Assembly: GCF_018350175.1 (NCBI RefSeq) | Contig: NC_058383.1 | Location: forward strand, 29,576,001 to 29,640,000 | From: Felis catus | Lineage: Eukaryota | Direction of reading: 5' to 3' | DNA length: 64,000 nucleotides | In this document: in pieces, positions 12,116 to 52,740 of the stretch | Layout of the letters: the number at the start of each line of letters is the position of its first letter | Numbering within the stretch: position 1 is the first letter of the stretch | Program-made: the position numbers and the translations under genes | Notes under the pieces: generated by a model | What the model was told of the DNA's origin: nothing | What the model saw: the letters and a program-made list of their open reading frames with translations, nothing else | Databases searched by the model: none

Positions 12116-14141
12116 ACCCCAGAACTTCATTTTCTCTCCAACACGGCTGGGTCCTCTTTGGCTCTGTTCACGGCATCATCGTTTTCTGAGCCTGGGCTTA
12201 AAGGCAAGTGTTTAGACTCCCTGGCATTGACTTTCTTTGCCATTCCCCTTCGATGCCTATTCAATTTCTGTCCTTCTTTCCATTTCCAAAGCTATAATCT
12301 TCATTCTGGCTGTCATTCTCTATTGCTTGGGTTATTGCAAAGCCTTCTGAATGGCCTTTCCACCTCCAGTCCTTCCTTCTAGGTAGAAAGGGGCCGCAGA
12401 AGGAAAGGGGGCCGTGGAGTTTGAGTCCCACCTCTGCCGCTTATTGCCTCTGTGACTTTCATTTCTTGCTCTCTCAATTTAACCGGCCCCATTACCAAAG
12501 CAGGGATGTTCCCTGCTTCAGGGCGTGAGGGCGTACTTGGGGTAAAGTACCTAAAATATCTGGCACACTGTAAGTGCTCAATTAATATTTCCATTTCAAA
12601 CTCGCTGCTCCCAGGCTGCAGTTGTAAAACAGACTTCTTGCTCACGCCCTTCCCTTATTCGAGCATTTCTGTTTCTACGAAAATAAGAACGCCTCGAGCC
12701 TAGCACTTGAGACCCCTATGACATGTCTCCAGCGAATTGCCCCAACTCTGCCGTTCTCGACTCCTTCTTTTAAACACCACCATTTTCTCCATGTCTTTGC
12801 TAAAGCTCTTGCACGTGGACATGCATGCTCCGCCCTTCCCTCTGAGGCCATTCTAGATCCCTAGAGCCAGATGCGGCATCTTCCTCTGACCTCCAAAGCA
12901 CTTCTACTTCTCTCGTGCATCTGAATTGTTTTAGTTGCTTGGGTTCTTTCTCTGACTTGCCTTCACTGCAAGGCTGAATGTCCCTTGATGACATGTGCTG
13001 TTACGGCATCGAACCCAGAGCTGGCCCTCTGCCCTCTGCAGGAAACGCCTTACACTGAAAACGAAAACAAACCTGCCCAGTCATGCTTCTCTTAGTCTAC
13101 CGAACTATCTTCTTCCCTGAGCTTCGGTTGGGCGTCCCCCTGCCCAGAAACAAAGTTGCACAGAGAAGCAAATCTCTCAGTGAAAGGCACGCACTGACAC
13201 CAAATTCTGTTGGAAAAGGGTCCCCAAAGATCATCATCTTAAATATACTGCGCCGCTGCCGTTCCATCAGACCTGGTCTATTTACTGTTTTCATGAATCC
13301 CGGGAAACTCCCTTGGTGGAAATCACAAACTGATTTTGTTTACCTGTCTCCCAGGCCCTTGGGGAGCACTGTTCTTTTCATGTAGAAATATCTTTGTCGG
13401 GCAAATGGATCCTTGGGAATATCTAAAATTCCTCTTCTTTCTCATTCATGAATCAGTCTCCCGAACACTCATAGTCAGGGGCTATAGGGAAACAGAGCTG
13501 AGATGAAACATTCAGTTAAGCTTTTGTAAACAGAGAAACAGGGGTCCACAGAGCATCTTAAAATGAGTCTATAGTTCTTAAGTTTGATCCACTTATAGTC
13601 TGTAGTATTAACATCTTAGTTATCAAACCACAGTTCTTAAACATATGCATATGTATATTACCCATCTTCTAGTTTACAAGGTGCAATTTGGGGATGATTG
13701 AGGCTGAAAACACGGTTTTATCATCATATGGAAGCTCATGTTGGCAACACCATTTGCAAAGCATGATTTTTTCAGAAAGTTAGAAACGTGGCTCTCATAC
13801 AAATAGAAACAACAACAAAAGGGGTCAAAGATTTTATTAGATTCAATGCGCAAGGAAACCAGTTAGATGTTAAGACTGATTTGAAAGAAAATTAAAGACC
13901 CAGAGATTGGTAGCTGGTCAGATGAACGCGGAAATAAAGTTGCTAATGAACGTAGCACTGGTTCATGTCTCACCAGGCAATAACCTTGCAACACTACTGA
14001 ACAGGAATCGCTTGTATTGCTTTCAGGTTTTCTACAAGTTAACCTCTAGTCTCATAAAGTTGTGAAATAGTAAGAGGTACGCAGCCATGGAAAATCAGAT
14101 AATCCCCAGGGAGCTTATGCGTCTGGACAACATCCAGCTCT

Positions 14142-14270
14142 TTTTTACTTTATTTTATTTATTTTTTAAGTAGGCTTCATGCCCCGCATGGAGCCCAACG
14201 TGGGGCTTGAACTCACAACCCCAAGATCTAGAGTGGAATGCTCCACTGACTAAGCCAGCCAGGAGCCCCG
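14142..14270 (-). mobile_element. Short CanSINE
   Basis: Short body; TSD CATCCAGCTC. Confidence 0.8.
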
Positions 14271-15165
14271 ACATCATCCAGCTCAGTAATCTCTTTGACC
14301 TTTTTTCAAATTTTATATACTTGCTTTTGAAACTATTAACTAAGAGAGGCATGAAAACAAACCAATTTGCTTTCTCTGTGACATATTTGTAATGAAATAT
14401 TTGAAAGTGGGCACAAACCTCTCTCCCCCCACCACTCATCACCAATGTTTCAGCATGGGCTCTGGAGTCAGACTATTTGGGTTCAAATCAAGGTTCCATC
14501 ATTTACTGCTGGGTGACCCTGGGCAAATGACTTAACCTCTCTGCTCCTCAGTTCCCCCACCGTAAAAGAGGCTTTTAAATAATAGCACCTTTGTCTTTGT
14601 GATGAAAGGAGATCACGCACAAGGGCTCAGTAAATGTGAATTGAATTATATCACTACTACTAAAAAAGGGTTAATTATTCTACCAGTCTTTATTCCAATA
14701 TTAAAACATTTTGCAAAATAACCTGTCTTATGCCTTGTTACAAAGGGATCGGTTCTACATTTTAAGACGGAAATGAAAATACCGAAATCCTCAAGATGAG
14801 CCAATTAGTAAGCTAATTAAATAATAATTAAACATAAGAGGTTACAATAAATTCTAGATGTGTCGCAAGGATTATTTACTTTCAACTCTGACGCTGAAGG
14901 AACAAGAACTTATGAGTCAGGGGCGGCAGGAAATTAATCTCTCTGTTGAGTTAAGATGTTCCAGGCATTGTGCTTAGCACATATTCATTACACGTCAACA
15001 AACGAGTGTTTTCAGAAGAATACTCTTTTTCTCCCCCACTCCTTAAGGAAATACGCACAAAATAAAAGGCAGTAAAGGAAAAATAACCGAAAAGAAAAAT
15101 GTGCCGCAGCCTTAGAAAGTGGGTTTGTCACGCAAGTCAAACGCAGAAGCTGGGGTTTGCAATCA

Positions 15166-15342
15166 TTTATTGTGCACAACAAAAAAGAAAGCACGTTACA
15201 TATTGTCTTCCTTTCTGATTATAGTTACCAACATGTTGGTAAAAACGACCCGCTGGGAACACATGTCCTTTCACTATACATTGTTATTTTTATTTTGCCC
15301 ACAGAATGCTGAGGAAAACACTGAATAAATACACATTTTATT
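15166..15342 (-). terminator. Polyadenylation signal cluster
   Basis: Minus-strand AATAAA (plus-strand tttatt) at 15337-15342, 15289-15294 and 15166-15171, with a U/GU-rich stretch downstream at about 15050-15100. Confidence 0.55.

Positions 15343-15344
<2 letters not shown>

Positions 15345-15386
<42 letters not shown>
15345..15386. repeat. (AC)21 microsatellite
   Basis: Perfect run next to a poly(A) signal. Confidence 0.95.
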
Positions 15387-15388
<2 letters not shown>

Positions 15389-16021
15389 CTCTTGTTACAA
15401 ATTGATATGAATCAGTCTCCCTTTTGGCTTACATAACCTTAAATTAAAAAAAAAAAAACAGCAGGGGTGTAACCCACTAAAAACCTGTGGATAAAGACGG
15501 TTAAGTACTGAAGTTCAGAATTGGGCAGGAAGTAGCAATAAACCAAAATAGAAAGCAAAATAATTAAGAAAAATGACAACTCGTGTTGAAGTCTGGATAC
15601 ATTTGAATGTATTCAAGACTGAAAAAAGAACTTTCCTAAACTGCTGGGTTTTAGGAGGATGTTTCTGGGCTAAACTGAACACAAAAGAGAAGAGAAGTTC
15701 CCTAAAGAAGTTTTCTGAGCCAGAGGAAAATCAAATTATGCTTGAAAAACAAAAGCAAAGACTAACAACACTCTTGTCTCTCTGCCCCCACCCACTTCTT
15801 TGGACTGACTTCGGGGTAGGCTTTCTTGCTGGAGGCCATTTATTAATTCTATATTCTGTTACCTCAACACAACCAAATCTAGACTTAACCCTCTGTGTCC
15901 CGATGGGTGCATGGATGGGACAATTATTTTCAGTGAAAGTGCTCTCTCTCCTATTTCATACGTGCTGCTTTTTTTATGCAAAAAAGCTCAAAAAACAGTA
16001 TAATGCTGATCTCAGTTTTTT

Positions 16022-16241
16022 TTTTTAATTTTTTTTTTCAACGTTTATTTATTTTTGGGACAGAGAGAGACAGAGCATGAACGGGGGAGGGGCAGAGAGA
16101 GAGGGAGACACAGAATCGGAAACAGGCTCCAGGCTCCGAGCCATCAGCCCAGAGCCCGACGCAGGGCCCGAACTCACGGACCGCGAGATCGTGACCTGGC
16201 TGAAGTCGGACGCCCAACCGACTGCGCCACCCAGGCGCCCC
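16022..16241 (-). mobile_element. Young felid CanSINE (SINEC_Fc-like) in the ERCC4 3' UTR
   Basis: CpG-intact GGCGCAGTCGGTT...CAGCCAGGTCACGATCTCGCGG; TSD GATCTCAGTTTTTT. Confidence 0.93.
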
Positions 16242-17065
16242 AGATCTCAGTTTTTTAAAAAAGGTTTGGAAAAAAGCTAAGCGTGAGTTCATAAGTGAAC
16301 TAGATCTTTACTATTTTGAAAGGAAAAAAAAAAGGCAAAGGTAACAATATGATGCTGGAAAATAAAGCGATACGTTAGTTTTGCAAATTCATGCATTAGT
16401 CCTTTGCCAAGAGTCTCAGGTTGTAAAAATGTGTCAAAGAATGTGATAAAAGTGAATACACGATGGTTGTACTGAAGGCTCCCCACAACTGGACACACAT
16501 TAAGATGTATTTCCTTAGTGGGAATGGGAAGTGGCAGCGGGAGACTTGTGTCTACAACGAGCAAGTTCGAGTTCATTAGAAACCATCGTCCATAAATTAA
16601 ATACACGTGAGGCAGCACGCCTGCCTGTCTTCAAGGGTCCGGTAGGTCCAACAGCAAATGACAGAATCAGAGCAGGGAGACAACAGCGCCCTGAATACAA
16701 TTAAGACTGTTATCTATGTGATACTAGATAACAAGGGCTGTTTAAAATGGTAGATTTAGGACTAGGGCTTATTTCTGAAGACTTCTATCGGAGGGAAACC
16801 CACATCAAAAAATGTGCTCTGTTCGGATTTGCCTTTTATGTAATGGAAGAACAAAATACGGCAGGTGGGATTACACAAGAAGAAAACAAAAATAGCAATT
16901 TCATCTGCCACAAGCAGAAGAGCTAGAACTGGGTGAAGAAAAATTGTTAATAGCCATTTCCATTTGGGGCGGGATGTCTATTTTAATGTACTTTTAACTC
17001 TGACTGGACTCTTAAAGAAATACAAAATGTTCTCAACATTTTGTGTTCTATTCTCAAGGGTGTAT

Positions 17066-17284
17066 ATTTATTTTAATGTTCATTAATTTTTGAGAGAGAC
17101 AGAAAGACAGACACAGTGTGAGCAGGGGAGGGGCAGAGAGTGAGGGAGCCACAGAATATGAAGTAGGCTCCAGGCTGTTAGGTGTCAGCCCAGAGCCGGA
17201 CCCGGGGCTTGAACTCAAGGACCCCGAGATCATGACCTGAGTCAAAGTCGATCGCTTAACCAAATGAGCCACCCAGGTGCCCCT
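17066..17284 (-). mobile_element. CanSINE in the ERCC4 3' UTR
   Basis: TSD TCAAGGGTGTAT. Confidence 0.92.
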
Positions 17285-18917
17285 CAAGGGTGTATTTTTA
17301 ACTCTGGGGGAAAAAAATGAGTAGCCCAACTATTTATTCTACCTTAAACTAATTTTTGTTTCCTGTCGTCTTCTCCATTCCTCAGATCACTGTACACAGT
17401 TCCGGGTAAGGACACGGTTCCTTGATATCTCTCAATTCATTCTTGTTCTACCCTGGCAGAGAGTTGGAAATCCACATCTGCTTTAACCTTATCAACAAGT
17501 GTTAACATATGGAGGGATCAAGACGTCAATATGAGTGGAAAGGCCGGTGGAAAGAACATCTGTGGAGGCTAAGACCACTCTCTGTTCTGTGCTCCCGCGT
17601 CCACTCTGAGTTCAAACACTGTGACAAACGAAAACATGGCCGACGCGGAAAACGCGAAACTGTGTGGCGTGGCTGGCGGCACTGCTGTCTACATCCGCAT
17701 CAGCTCTTGAGGTAGAAAATTTACTACTGGTTACTAGATGTGTGAATAATACCTTAGTAAAGCTGAAATAGAAAAGTTTAAAAACTGCACAAAGATGCTA
17801 TGAATGTCCTGTATGTGCACCTCCGTAAAAAGCTAACCTAACTCAATCGGAAGGTTTGAGAAGGAGATGGCTTTGTGAATTTTTAAGTGTGTAAATTTCT
17901 CTAGAATTCTTAGATATTCTATGCGCTGATCTTCCATTTACTTGCACTTCTTTTATCTCCACTCCAAGAAGGAAAACCCAATCTGAAAGACTCGGGGGGC
18001 CACCCGTTTGCTTGTCCCTGAGTCCTCACACAGACACCCGCGAGCACGCTGGCCCAGGGACACGAAGCGGGGAGCAGAGGGTGGGCTGACGCTGCGTGTG
18101 GAGAGGATCTGGCGCTGGTGGTCTCAGGCGTGTGGGGAGAGGCTTGGGGGGGGGGGGGGAAGAGGAAGTCTTAAGAGACTCTAACGAGCCCTTTGGGCTT
18201 AGAGATCTCGGAGACTCAGGAGGTGAGATGCCTGCACAACGGCGCATCCTCAGCGCTCCTTCACCATCAAATTCTGGAAACAGGGAACAATTCATCTCAC
18301 GTTTAAAAGCTGCTGGCTTTGCACAATCGAGTTCTGGTACGCGTCACACACATTCGGGGGATGAGGAACCAGCTAGTTTCACGGGGCGCCATCTTACGTC
18401 TTACGTCAGTACGAGGAAGTCCCCGTGGGTTTTTCTTAAAGGGGGAAGCGCGCATTTGCGGAAAAGAGCGTGAGAACTGGCAAGGAATGGCAGACAAGGT
18501 TCCTTCTCGGCGTCCCGGGGCCCGTCCTGAACAAAGAGGGCAGGGACATGATAGTGTGTCTTAGCGGCCTGCGTGGGAAACCTAAATTGCCGCTTGCGTC
18601 AAGAGCGGCCTCCTATAAGCCCCCACAAGACGCCTCGCCTGATTCTGACTCCTGACCGAAGAGCGGGACACGCTGCCTCTGGCCCTGACGGCGCAGGGAG
18701 GGAGGCGGGCCGGCACGGGAAGGTTAAAATCAGTGCCTAAACACAAAGTCCAGAGGGGCATCTGGGCTTGTGTTCCGCTGACCCCAGAAGCGGACTGCGC
18801 GGTCGTTAGGTGCTGAAGAGAGCGGAATTCTGAGCTCGTGATTCATCTCGGTCTGTTCATTCCGGGACAGGGTGGCTGGAAATCACAGTCACGGGATAAG
18901 AAAACGGCCGCCCTCGT

Positions 18918-48591
<29,674 letters not shown>

Positions 48592-48612
48592 GGGCGCCCT
48601 TCCGGGGCCGCG

Positions 48613-48891
48613 GCCGAGCTCAGCCGAAGAGAGCCGAGCGGGAGCCGAGCTTAGCCGAAGAGAGCCGAGCGGGAGCCGAGCTCAGGCGAACAGAGCTGAG
48701 CGGGAGCCGAGCCCAGCCGAACAGAGCTGAGCGGGAGCCGAGCCCAGCCGAAGAGAGCCGAGCGGGAGCCGAGCTCAGCCGAAGAGAGCCGAGCGGGAGC
48801 CGAGCTCAGCCGAAGAGAGCCGAGCGGGAGCCGAGCTCAGGCGAACAGAACCGAGCGGGAGTCGAGCTCAGCCGAACAGAGCCGAGCGGGA
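48613..48891. repeat. 31-bp minisatellite, 9 copies, consensus GCCGAGCTCAGCCGAAGAGAGCCGAGCGGGA
   Basis: Units start at 48613, 48644, 48675, 48706, 48737, 48768, 48799, 48830 and 48861. Degenerate AGCCGAA repeats continue to about 49027. Confidence 0.97.
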
Positions 48892-50406
48892 GACCAACGT
48901 CGGTCGAAGGAAGCCGAAGGGAGCCGAGCCCGACAGGTCGAGAGCCAGCCGAACTCAGCCGAGGAGGAGCCGAAGCCGCGAGGAGAGCTGACCGAACTTA
49001 GCCGAAGAGGAGCCGAGTGGAGCCGAAGATTCGTAGCGTTCCCCAGCAACTTGGTGCTTGCGCGCTCCCGACAGGTGTCCGCTCCAGACCTCAGACTCCA
49101 GCCCACGGCCTTTAGGGACTGCGTCTTGCCTTGTCCCTTCGATCGGAGGGTGGGGCGGCCTGGATCTGCAACTAGAACCTAAGCTACCCCAAAGCAAGGA
49201 GAGGAGAATTAAACCCAAGGAGTTTAGTTCCCCAACCTCGGTAATGAAAAAGCTGTCAGTTGTCCAAGCGCGCCTAGAATTAGTGGCCCTCTTTGCCACG
49301 GTGAGGTTTCAGTTTTACTTTTGCGGTTGGCCTCTGTCTCCCTGTAAACATTTTTTTTTTTTTTTTTTAATGAGCAGAATAGTTTACTACTTTCAGGCCC
49401 TTGTTTGTCTCGAAATGTCTTGAATGCAATAATAATCTGTTTCTTAAAAAGTCGCGCCCGGGTGTCCCCCCAGCCGCCGCATCCTTTCTTCCACTAGAGG
49501 GACACCTTCGGAAGTTTTTGTTCCACACAAGGACCGCCTGATAATCCAACCAAAGGAATTGGTCTATGTGGACATTCCTTTCCCCCCAACTTAATTATTA
49601 GAAAATGAAAATCAACCGTTATTCCATTACCCAGAAATAGTCACTGTAATACCATGAAATGTGTATTTTCAGTTTTTTTTCCCCCTTCTCACGCACAATT
49701 CTTTTACCGATGTGAGATAGTAAGTGAGGCGGGTTTCCAAGTTTGTCACTGATATTTGACAAACCTCGAGCATACTATTTAGTATTCTACAAAATCCTTT
49801 TACATGGCTGATAATATTTCTGTAATGAGGATATCCCACACTTATTTATCTAAGCCCTGATTAATGGACATTTAGTTTGTTTCCACCATCACGCCCTATT
49901 GTAAATAATATTTCACTGAACATTTTTGCACATGAATTCAACCATGCTCCTAAGATATACTTAGAATGGATAATTAGTGGGATAAAGAGAACCAACATAA
50001 GGCTTTTCGTTACATTCATAGTGCCACATTGCCCTCTAGAAAGCCTGTACCAATCTACATTCACATCAGCAGATGCAAGAGGATCTGTTTCTCTATCTCG
50101 TTACGGCTTAACCAGGATTTTACTTACATTTTGTCAAGATTAAAACAACGTGTAATAATTTCCTGAATGGGAAGGTTTGCCTGCAATTTTCGACAGGCAG
50201 AATTTCCTGTGAAACAAATATTAATCTCTCCAATTCTGAAAGTGACAGATGGAGCTTCAGGGAAGTTATACAACTTGGCCAAGACCACGGAGTTAGTTAG
50301 TGTATTGCTTAGATTTAGTTCAGGACGTGGCAAGCAGGAACGCACCACGTATTTAGGGTGTGCATGCAGAAGAGGCAGTGCTGAAGTTCAAACCTGATTC
50401 CCATGC

Positions 50407-50858
50407 TGTGGTGTGCAGAATAATGGCTCCCGAAAGATGTCCAAGTCCTAATCCCTGGGACCTGCAAATATGTTACCTTCTGTGGCAAACGGGACTCTGC
50501 AGATGTGATTTCAAAACGAGAAGATTATCTGGGATTATCCAGGTGGGGCCAGTGTAAATTACAAGCATCCAGGGAAGGGAAGGAGGGAGGCAGGAGGGTC
50601 AGAATCGGAGAAAAGGATGTGACAGTGAAAGCAGGTGTTGGAATGATGTGGAAGAGACCATGAGCCAAGGAATGCAAGCTTTAAAAGCCAGAAAAGGCAA
50701 GGAAATGAATCCTATCCTAAAACCTTCTTAAGGAGCATGCAGCCTTGCTAACCTATACTATACACTTCTGCCCTTCAGAACTAGAAGTTAATGAATTTAT
50801 GTTGTTTCCAGCCACGAAATTCATGGCAGCTACTTACAGCAGCAATGGGAAACATACA
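50407..50858 (+). mobile_element. MLT1 (MLT1D-like) solo LTR upstream of the promoter
   Basis: TGTGGTGTGCAGAATAATGGCTCCC...CCTAATCCCTGG...ACAGCAGCAATGGGAAAC-ATACA. Confidence 0.8.
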
Positions 50859-52707
50859 CAGTCACTCACTATTTCCATGACACTGAGCTCTTAAGATATC
50901 CCCAGCAGACCAAAACCAAACAGAACAAAACAGAGTAGAGAATAGTGAAGCAATAATTTTGGAGGGTCAGTGGTCAACATACACATAAAATTTGAACACT
51001 TGTATAGATACATATACACACGAAGATATATTCACTCAATAAACACTTACTGGGCACCTGCTACATGTCAGGCAGCGAACCAAATGCTGGAGGTTCATCA
51101 GTAAACAAAGCAGGTGAAATTTTTGCCCCCATAGAATTTATCGTATTCGAGCGGGAGCTTGTGTACAAAAATGTTTATTCATCAGATCATTTTGTGAGCT
51201 ATCATTATTTCTCAGATACTGCTCCTAAATGTCCAAAGAAGGAGGCTAGTTAAAATCTCTTCATACGTCTCTACTGAGCGGAATATCATATGGCTATTAA
51301 AAGGTGTATGTGGCAAGCTATCTCGTGCATGTTATTATATGCTGAAAAAAAGCAGTTACAAGACAATAATGTCTAGTACGGTCCCATTTGTCTAAAAACA
51401 TTAGCAAAAAACCAATGCTTTCCCGTGACTGCTTAGAAAAGCTCTGGAATTAAATCTCTTAGCAAAAGCGATTGTTCCTGGGGAGGCGAAATGAGTGGCT
51501 GGCATCGCAGTAAGACCTTTACTTTTCCGTTGATTCCCTTCCATGATGTTGGTCTTGCTTACCATGAACATGTATTGCTTGTATAATAAAAATGAAGCCC
51601 AAACCAATTCCCAGGTGCTATATACATACTTCATCAGCGCTAAAGATGATCCTCTTGTGAATTCGAGATTTAATATGTGGGTGGTGGGCAACACTTAATG
51701 TCAAAAGTTGGCAGGGGCGCCTGGGTGGCTCAGTCGGTTAAGCGGCCAACTTCAGCTCAGGTCACGATCTCGCGGTCCGTGAGTTCGAGCCCCACGTCGG
51801 GCTCTGTGCTGACAGCTCGGAGCCTGGAGCCTGTTTCAGATTCTGTGTCTCCCTCTCTGTCTCTGACCGTCCCCCGTTCATGTTCTCTCTCTGTCTCAAA
51901 AATAAATGAACATTAAGAAAAAAAAAATTAAAAAAAAAAAGTTGGCATCTGGGGAGGCAGACATAAATTCTCACAGATTCTGTCTCGACTAAAATTTTAG
52001 TCTTTCCAGTGGGCAAACGTTTTCAACATAAGGTGATGGGACTCTTCTTTTCCCGTGCCTCTGTCGCCACAGTTCTCCTAACCTTTTTCTTATTTCTTAG
52101 GATGTTCTGGTCGCATCTCCCCTCCAGGTCACTTTGTAAGTTCTAGTTCTTTTTTGCCCGTGAGGACACAGGGCAGGTAGTTGGCCTTTGGCCTTTGGCA
52201 TTGGGCTGGGAATGAGAGTAAGCATCATTTTTTTCCCTCTGCCCTGAGATAGAACCCAGCATATCTCAGTTAACCTTAGGTCGACCACGACTGTGATTTC
52301 TCTTAGCGACCTCAGCCTTGCTCATACCTATGCGGAATGTCTGCTAAGTCCAGAAACTGGATAAAAAGCGAATGTTTCCTGAGTTTAACCCTGTCCTAGG
52401 GCCAGAGTACCTTTGAGTCTCTTAGAGTTTGCTTGTGGTGGTTTAAGGGTTCAGGCTCTAAGTCAGGAAGACCTGGGCTGAAAACTCAGCTTAGGTACCT
52501 GCTAGCTGCGTGACCTCATGCAAGTTACTTAACCTCTCTGAGTTGCCTCATCTTTAAAATGGGGGCTGATAATAGGAACTACCTCATGTGATGGGTAGAG
52601 AAGTTAACTGAGATGAAGAAAATAGCAGGACGTGAACATTCAACCAATTTTAATTTAAAAACTTAATGACAACCGTTTTATTTTTTATATGTTTATTTAT
52701 TTATTTT

Positions 52708-52740
<33 letters not shown>

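Larger units (their letters stand above)
15150..18917 (-). other. ERCC4: Probable ERCC4 3' UTR (~3.6-3.8 kb)
   Basis: Extends from the stop codon to a cluster of minus-strand AATAAA hexamers. The exact end is inferred, with no transcript data. Confidence 0.55.

Noticed and set aside
48613..48891. Regular ~31-bp repeats resembling a CRISPR array
   Set aside because: The units are contiguous with no unique spacers, and the context is a mammalian promoter.
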